Assembly (NCBI GenBank): GCA_946408345.1
Contig: CAMJRR010000012.1
Location: 1,993-65,992 of the forward strand
Length of the DNA stretch: 64,000 nt
Source: an uncultured Bacteroidales bacterium
Lineage (GTDB): Bacteria; Bacteroidota; Bacteroidia; Bacteroidales; F082
Reading direction: 5' to 3'
Part shown: piece after piece, positions 60,800 through 64,000 of the stretch
How positions within the stretch are numbered: position 1 is the first letter of the stretch
Layout: every line of letters starts with the position of its first letter
The notes under the pieces: model-generated
What the model saw: only the letters and a program-made list of their open reading frames with translations
Databases searched by the model: none
Told to the model about the DNA's origin: nothing
Made by a program: the position numbers and the translations under genes

Positions 60800-60826
60800 G
60801 AAAGTCAGCGTAAATCGCTGACTTTC
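60800..60826 (-). terminator. 11-bp perfect hairpin just downstream of the reconstituted tRNA-Val 3' end
   Basis: GAAAGTCAGCG-taaat-CGCTGACTTTC. This is phage-side sequence. Confidence 0.5.
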
Positions 60827-60834
60827 AGATTGTA

Positions 60835-60863
60835 GTGGGACGTACTGGACTCGAACCAGTGAC
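60835..60863. repeat. attR core (within the tRNA-Val 3' end)
   Basis: Identical to 2185-2213. Confidence 0.9.
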
Positions 60864-60910
60864 CTCTGCCGTGTGAAGGCAGCGCTCTAAACCAACTGGG
60901 CTAACGTCCC
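60836..60910 (-). tRNA. tRNA-Val (anticodon CAC)
   Basis: 75-nt cloverleaf on the reverse strand. Acceptor GGGACGT/ACGTCCC, anticodon arm CTGCC-TTCACAC-GGCAG and T loop TTCGAGT. Confidence 0.9.
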
Positions 60911-60947
60911 TCCGTTGATACAAAAGACGCTTTGCAGCGTCTTTAAG

Positions 60948-61022
60948 TGGGGCGAACAAGGATCGAACTTGTGACCTCATGCCTGTCAAGCATGCGCTCT
61001 AAACCAACTGAGCTACCGTCCC
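60948..61022 (-). tRNA. tRNA-Val (anticodon GAC)
   Basis: 75 nt. Anticodon arm CATGC-TTGACAG-GCATG and T loop TTCGATC. There is one A4:C69 acceptor mismatch. Confidence 0.8.
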
Positions 61023-61116
61023 ATTTAACTGCGTTGAACCTCTTGGTTTGCAGGTGCAAAAATACGGCTTTTTTGGAAACCGACAAGAAAAATTCTTTCT
61101 TTTTTTGAAAAAATTA

Positions 61117-61124
61117 TATCTTTG
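61117..61124 (+). promoter_or_regulatory. -7 promoter box (TATCTTTG) for the DPP-IV gene
   Basis: 21 nt upstream of ATG 61145. Confidence 0.5.
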
Positions 61125-61144
61125 TGGAATCAAATCTATTCGTT

Positions 61145-63364
61145 ATGAAGTTTAAATACCTATTAGTCAGCTTGTTCCTTGTTTTTGGAACGCTTTCGGC
61201 TACGGCCCAAGAGAAGAAAAACTTTGATTTGGAAGACCTGTATATGCGTCCGACGTTCTATGCCAAGAGCGTCAGAGGTATGAATTCGATGAAGGATGGA
61301 AAGACTTACGCCTCCTTCGAGAAAGGTCAACTCAACATTTACAACTACAAGACAGGAAAATTGGAGAAGACCTTGTTCGGCATCGCTGACCTTACCCTGC
61401 ATCCTGACTCATTGCCTATCGGAATGCAAGACTATGAGTTGAGTGCCAATGAAGATAAGATGTTATGCGCTACCGAAATGGAGAGCATCTATCGCCATTC
61501 GTATCACGCTACCTATTATGTCTATGATTTCAACACGAAGACCTTGCAACCGCTTTCAGAGAACGGCAAGCAGCGCCTCGCCACGTTCTCGCCCGATGCA
61601 ACAAAGGTTGCTTTCATGCGCGACAATAACTTGTTCATCAAGGACCTGAAGACAGGGGAGGAGAAGCAATTCACCAAAGATGGCCTCTACAACCATATCA
61701 TCAACGGTGCACCCGACTGGGTCTATGAGGAGGAATTCAGTTTCTCTCAGGGTTTCTATTGGTCACCCGACAGCAAGAAGATCGCTTTCATGAAGTTTGA
61801 CGAGAGCAAGGTGCGTGAGTTCCAGATGGAGGAGTTTGAAGGCCTCTATCCCGACTGGTATAGCTTCAAATATCCTAAGGCTGGCGAGGACAACTCCATC
61901 GTCGAGATTTATGTATACGACCTCGAAAGCGGCAAGACGGTGAAGATGGACACGGGCAAGGAAACCGACATTTATCTGCCCCGCATCGCTTGGACGAAGG
62001 ATGCCAATGTGCTGGCCATCCAACGCCTCAACCGTCATCAGAACCATCTTGAAATCCTGGCCGCCGATGCAAGCACGGGCAAGAGTCGCGTGTTTTACGA
62101 TGAGACCAACGAATATTACATCGACATCACCGATGATTGGCATTTCCTTGAGGATGGCAAGCGTTTCCTTATGACATCAGAGAGAAGTGGCTACAACCAC
62201 ATCTACCTTTGCAACCTCGATGGCACGGAAGCAAAACAACTCACCAACGGCCCTTGGGACGTGACCAGCGTTTATGGCTTCGACGGCAAGGAAGTGTATT
62301 TTCAAGCTGCAAAGAATACGCCTGTTGACCGCCAGATTTATGCTGTCAACCTGAAAGGCAAGATGCGCGAGGTGATTGGTCGCGAAGGCACCAACCAAGC
62401 CACTTTCAGCAATGACTTCAGCTACCTTATTAATATAAACAGCACCATCAACCAACCGCGCCAATTCGAGCTTTACACCAATAAGGGCAAGTTGGTGCGT
62501 GTGTTGGAAGACAACCATGAGTTTGCCGAGAAGCTGAAGACCTTCAACCTTGGCGAGAAGAAACTGATGAAGATCAGTGACCCAGCTTTCACTTTGCCTG
62601 ATGGTACCCAAGTCGATGTTGACGCTTGGCAAATCCTGCCTCCCGACTTTGATCCTTCGAAGAAATACCCCGTGTTGATCTATGTGTACGGTGGTCCTGG
62701 CCATCAGACGGTCAGCAACTCTTGGGCCAACAGCGACTATTGGTGGATGCAACTGCTGGCTCAGCATGGCATCATCAGCGTTTCGATTAACAACCGTGGT
62801 AGCGGCGCTCAGGGTGAGGTCTTCAAGAAGATGACCTACCTGCAACTGGGCAAGTATGAGACTGAGGACATGATTACTCTTGCCAAGTACATGGCCAAGC
62901 AGCCTTACGTGGATGGAAGCAGAATTGGCATCTATGGTTGGAGTTACGGCGGCTTTATGGCAGCCAATGGTATCACCAAGGGCGCCGACGTCATCAGCAC
63001 GGCTGTTTCTGTGGCTCCCGTGACCAACTGGCGTTATTATGACAATGTCTATACCGAGCGTTTTATGCGTACTCCTCAAGAGAATCCTGATGGATATGAC
63101 CTTAATTCGCCCGTTCACAATACGGAGATGATTAAAGGTAACTACTTGCTTTGCCATGGCAGTGGTGATGACAATGTCCACTATCAGAACGCTATGGAAC
63201 TCATTAAAGCTATGATTTCCAATGGTAAGCAGTTCGACCTGATGATTTATCCCAATAAGAACCACGGCATCTACGGTGGATATGAATATGGCAGTGGAGA
63301 ATGTCGTATGCACCTCTTCAACAAGATTGATGACTTCTTGTTTGAGCATTTGCTAGGAGAATAA
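61145..63364 (+). CDS. dipeptidyl-peptidase IV (S9B serine peptidase), secreted
   Basis: 739 aa from ATG 61145. MKFKYLLVSLFLVFGTLSATAQ signal peptide. Catalytic triad context GWSYGGF, GSGDDNVH and KNHGI. Confidence 0.9.
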   Translation: MKFKYLLVSLFLVFGTLSATAQEKKNFDLEDLYMRPTFYAKSVRGMNSMKDGKTYASFEKGQLNIYNYKTGKLEKTLFGIADLTLHPDSLPIGMQDYELSANEDKMLCATEMESIYRHSYHATYYVYDFNTKTLQPLSENGKQRLATFSPDATKVAFMRDNNLFIKDLKTGEEKQFTKDGLYNHIINGAPDWVYEEEFSFSQGFYWSPDSKKIAFMKFDESKVREFQMEEFEGLYPDWYSFKYPKAGEDNSIVEIYVYDLESGKTVKMDTGKETDIYLPRIAWTKDANVLAIQRLNRHQNHLEILAADASTGKSRVFYDETNEYYIDITDDWHFLEDGKRFLMTSERSGYNHIYLCNLDGTEAKQLTNGPWDVTSVYGFDGKEVYFQAAKNTPVDRQIYAVNLKGKMREVIGREGTNQATFSNDFSYLININSTINQPRQFELYTNKGKLVRVLEDNHEFAEKLKTFNLGEKKLMKISDPAFTLPDGTQVDVDAWQILPPDFDPSKKYPVLIYVYGGPGHQTVSNSWANSDYWWMQLLAQHGIISVSINNRGSGAQGEVFKKMTYLQLGKYETEDMITLAKYMAKQPYVDGSRIGIYGWSYGGFMAANGITKGADVISTAVSVAPVTNWRYYDNVYTERFMRTPQENPDGYDLNSPVHNTEMIKGNYLLCHGSGDDNVHYQNAMELIKAMISNGKQFDLMIYPNKNHGIYGGYEYGSGECRMHLFNKIDDFLFEHLLGE

Positions 63365-63385
63365 TTTTAGGAATACAGATTACTT

Positions 63386-63427
63386 AATGCGGAATGGAGT
63401 CAAAGGCTCCGTTCCGCATTCTTTTTC
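63386..63427 (+). terminator. rho-independent terminator
   Basis: AATGCGGAATGGAG (63386-63399) pairs with CTCCGTTCCGCATT (63407-63420), followed by a T-run. Confidence 0.75.
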
Positions 63428-63598
63428 TAAAATGTAACCGTCTTCTAGTCAAATCAAAAACACAAATGATGATGTGTTGGTGCTGTGTTTCGTCATGAAA
63501 CCAAATATCGTTTCTGGACGGATATTTGCAACCCAGTTGCAAAACTTTTGCCGCATTTTTGCATCGTGATTTAAAGAAATAAATAAAAACTGCAAAAT

Positions 63599-64000
63599 AT
63601 GGCACATAATCATCATTCCGAGCACGAATGCTGCTCACACGAACACCATCATGAACACGACATTCAACAGGGTCGTGAACAGGCACACCACCATCATCAC
63701 TGCGAGAGCGGTCTTAAAGGCCAAATTGTCAAGATTGTCGCTACGGTGATGCTGCTTGTTGCCTCTGTCATCATAGAGAAAAAGTGTAACCTATCCGTAT
63801 GGCAGATGCTTCTTGTCTTTCTGATTCCTTATTTACTCATTGGCTTCGACACGCTCAAGGAAGCCGCTGAAGGTTTGGTACACGGCGATGCTTTCAACGA
63901 GCATTTTCTGATGTCTGTTGCCACTATTGGAGCACTCTGTATTGGTTTCTTTCCTGGAGCTGAGACTCAGTTTCCCGAAGCGGTCTTCGTTATGTTGTTT
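63599..64000 (+). CDS. heavy-metal-translocating P-type ATPase, N-terminal fragment (runs off the window)
   Basis: Hand translation MAHNHHSEHECCSHEHHHEHD...HHHHHCESG (His/Cys-rich metal-binding tail) is followed by TM segments ending ...FLMSVATIGALCIGFFPGAETQFPEAVFVMLF. The catalytic motifs lie outside the window. Confidence 0.7.
   Translation, partial: MAHNHHSEHECCSHEHHHEHDIQQGREQAHHHHHCESGLKGQIVKIVATVMLLVASVIIEKKCNLSVWQMLLVFLIPYLLIGFDTLKEAAEGLVHGDAFNEHFLMSVATIGALCIGFFPGAETQFPEAVFVMLF

Larger units (their letters stand above)
2185..60863 (+). mobile_element. integrated temperate tailed prophage (58,650 bp between att core copies), tRNA-Val insertion
   Basis: 29-bp identical direct repeats at both ends. 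A tyrosine integrase sits next to the tRNA end and a CI/Cro module at the other end. A full replication, packaging, head, lysis and tail gene set lies in between. Confidence 0.9.

Noticed and set aside
61124-61144. GTG start for the DPP-IV gene at 61124
   Set aside because: The GTG coincides with the last base of the -7 promoter box. ATG 61145 gives a canonical signal peptide, MKFKYLLVSLFLVFGTLSATAQ.
62177-63349. 390-aa reverse-strand ORF
   Set aside because: It is antisense to the DPP-IV gene, which has a signal peptide and an intact Ser-Asp-His catalytic context.
1-64000. Insertion sequences, transposases, rRNA genes
   Set aside because: No ORF shows DDE, HUH or IS-type features and no terminal inverted repeats bracket any gene. 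No rRNA-like sequence was seen.

Overview
This looks like a Bacteroidota-type chromosome segment, judged from many TAnnTTTG -7 promoter boxes, mostly SD-less genes, and an S9B dipeptidyl-peptidase IV. About 92% of it is one apparently complete temperate tailed prophage.

**Prophage boundaries.** The prophage is integrated into the 3' end of a tRNA-Val(CAC) gene. A 29-bp identical direct repeat at 2185-2213 and 60835-60863 bounds 58,650 bp.

**Gene order, left to right.**
- A reverse-strand lysogeny module: two AT-rich cargo ORFs plus a CI-like HTH repressor.
- A Cro-like switch.
- A run of small early genes coupled by a rigid GGAGG-N6-ATGA junction.
- A C5-cytosine methyltransferase, a serine recombinase and a DPPH-motif methyltransferase.
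- A TOPRIM/P-loop primase-helicase.
- Two iteron-like repeat arrays.
- An S49 protease/scaffold, capsid and terminase genes.
- A ~4 kb AT-richer accessory island between terminase and portal. It holds a 55-bp tandem repeat, a structured leader, strong hairpins, a very acidic protein, an HTH protein and a stand-alone terminated small RNA.
- Portal and head genes.
- An OmpA-family moron.
- An initiator-type tRNA-Met plus an aberrant tRNA-like RNA.
- A holin / DUF5675-like / lipoprotein lysis cassette.
- Neck and tail genes.
- A second SD-coupled small-gene operon behind another structured leader.
- A 1489-aa tape measure protein and a 2192-aa tail protein with CotH-like and LRR regions.
- A tyrosine integrase.

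**Host flanks.** Left: an AAA+ ATPase/PD-(D/E)xK fusion and a small membrane protein. Right: two tRNA-Val genes, DPP-IV and the start of a heavy-metal P-type ATPase.

**Not found.** No rRNA, CRISPR array, transposase or reverse transcriptase was seen.

**Signals most worth follow-up.**
- Two box/anti-box/box leader RNAs.
- The terminase-portal accessory island.
- The non-canonical tRNA-like elements.
- The GCGCCGATTTT motif family.
- The SD-coupling grammar.

All functional calls rest on motifs read by eye. No database search or computation was run.
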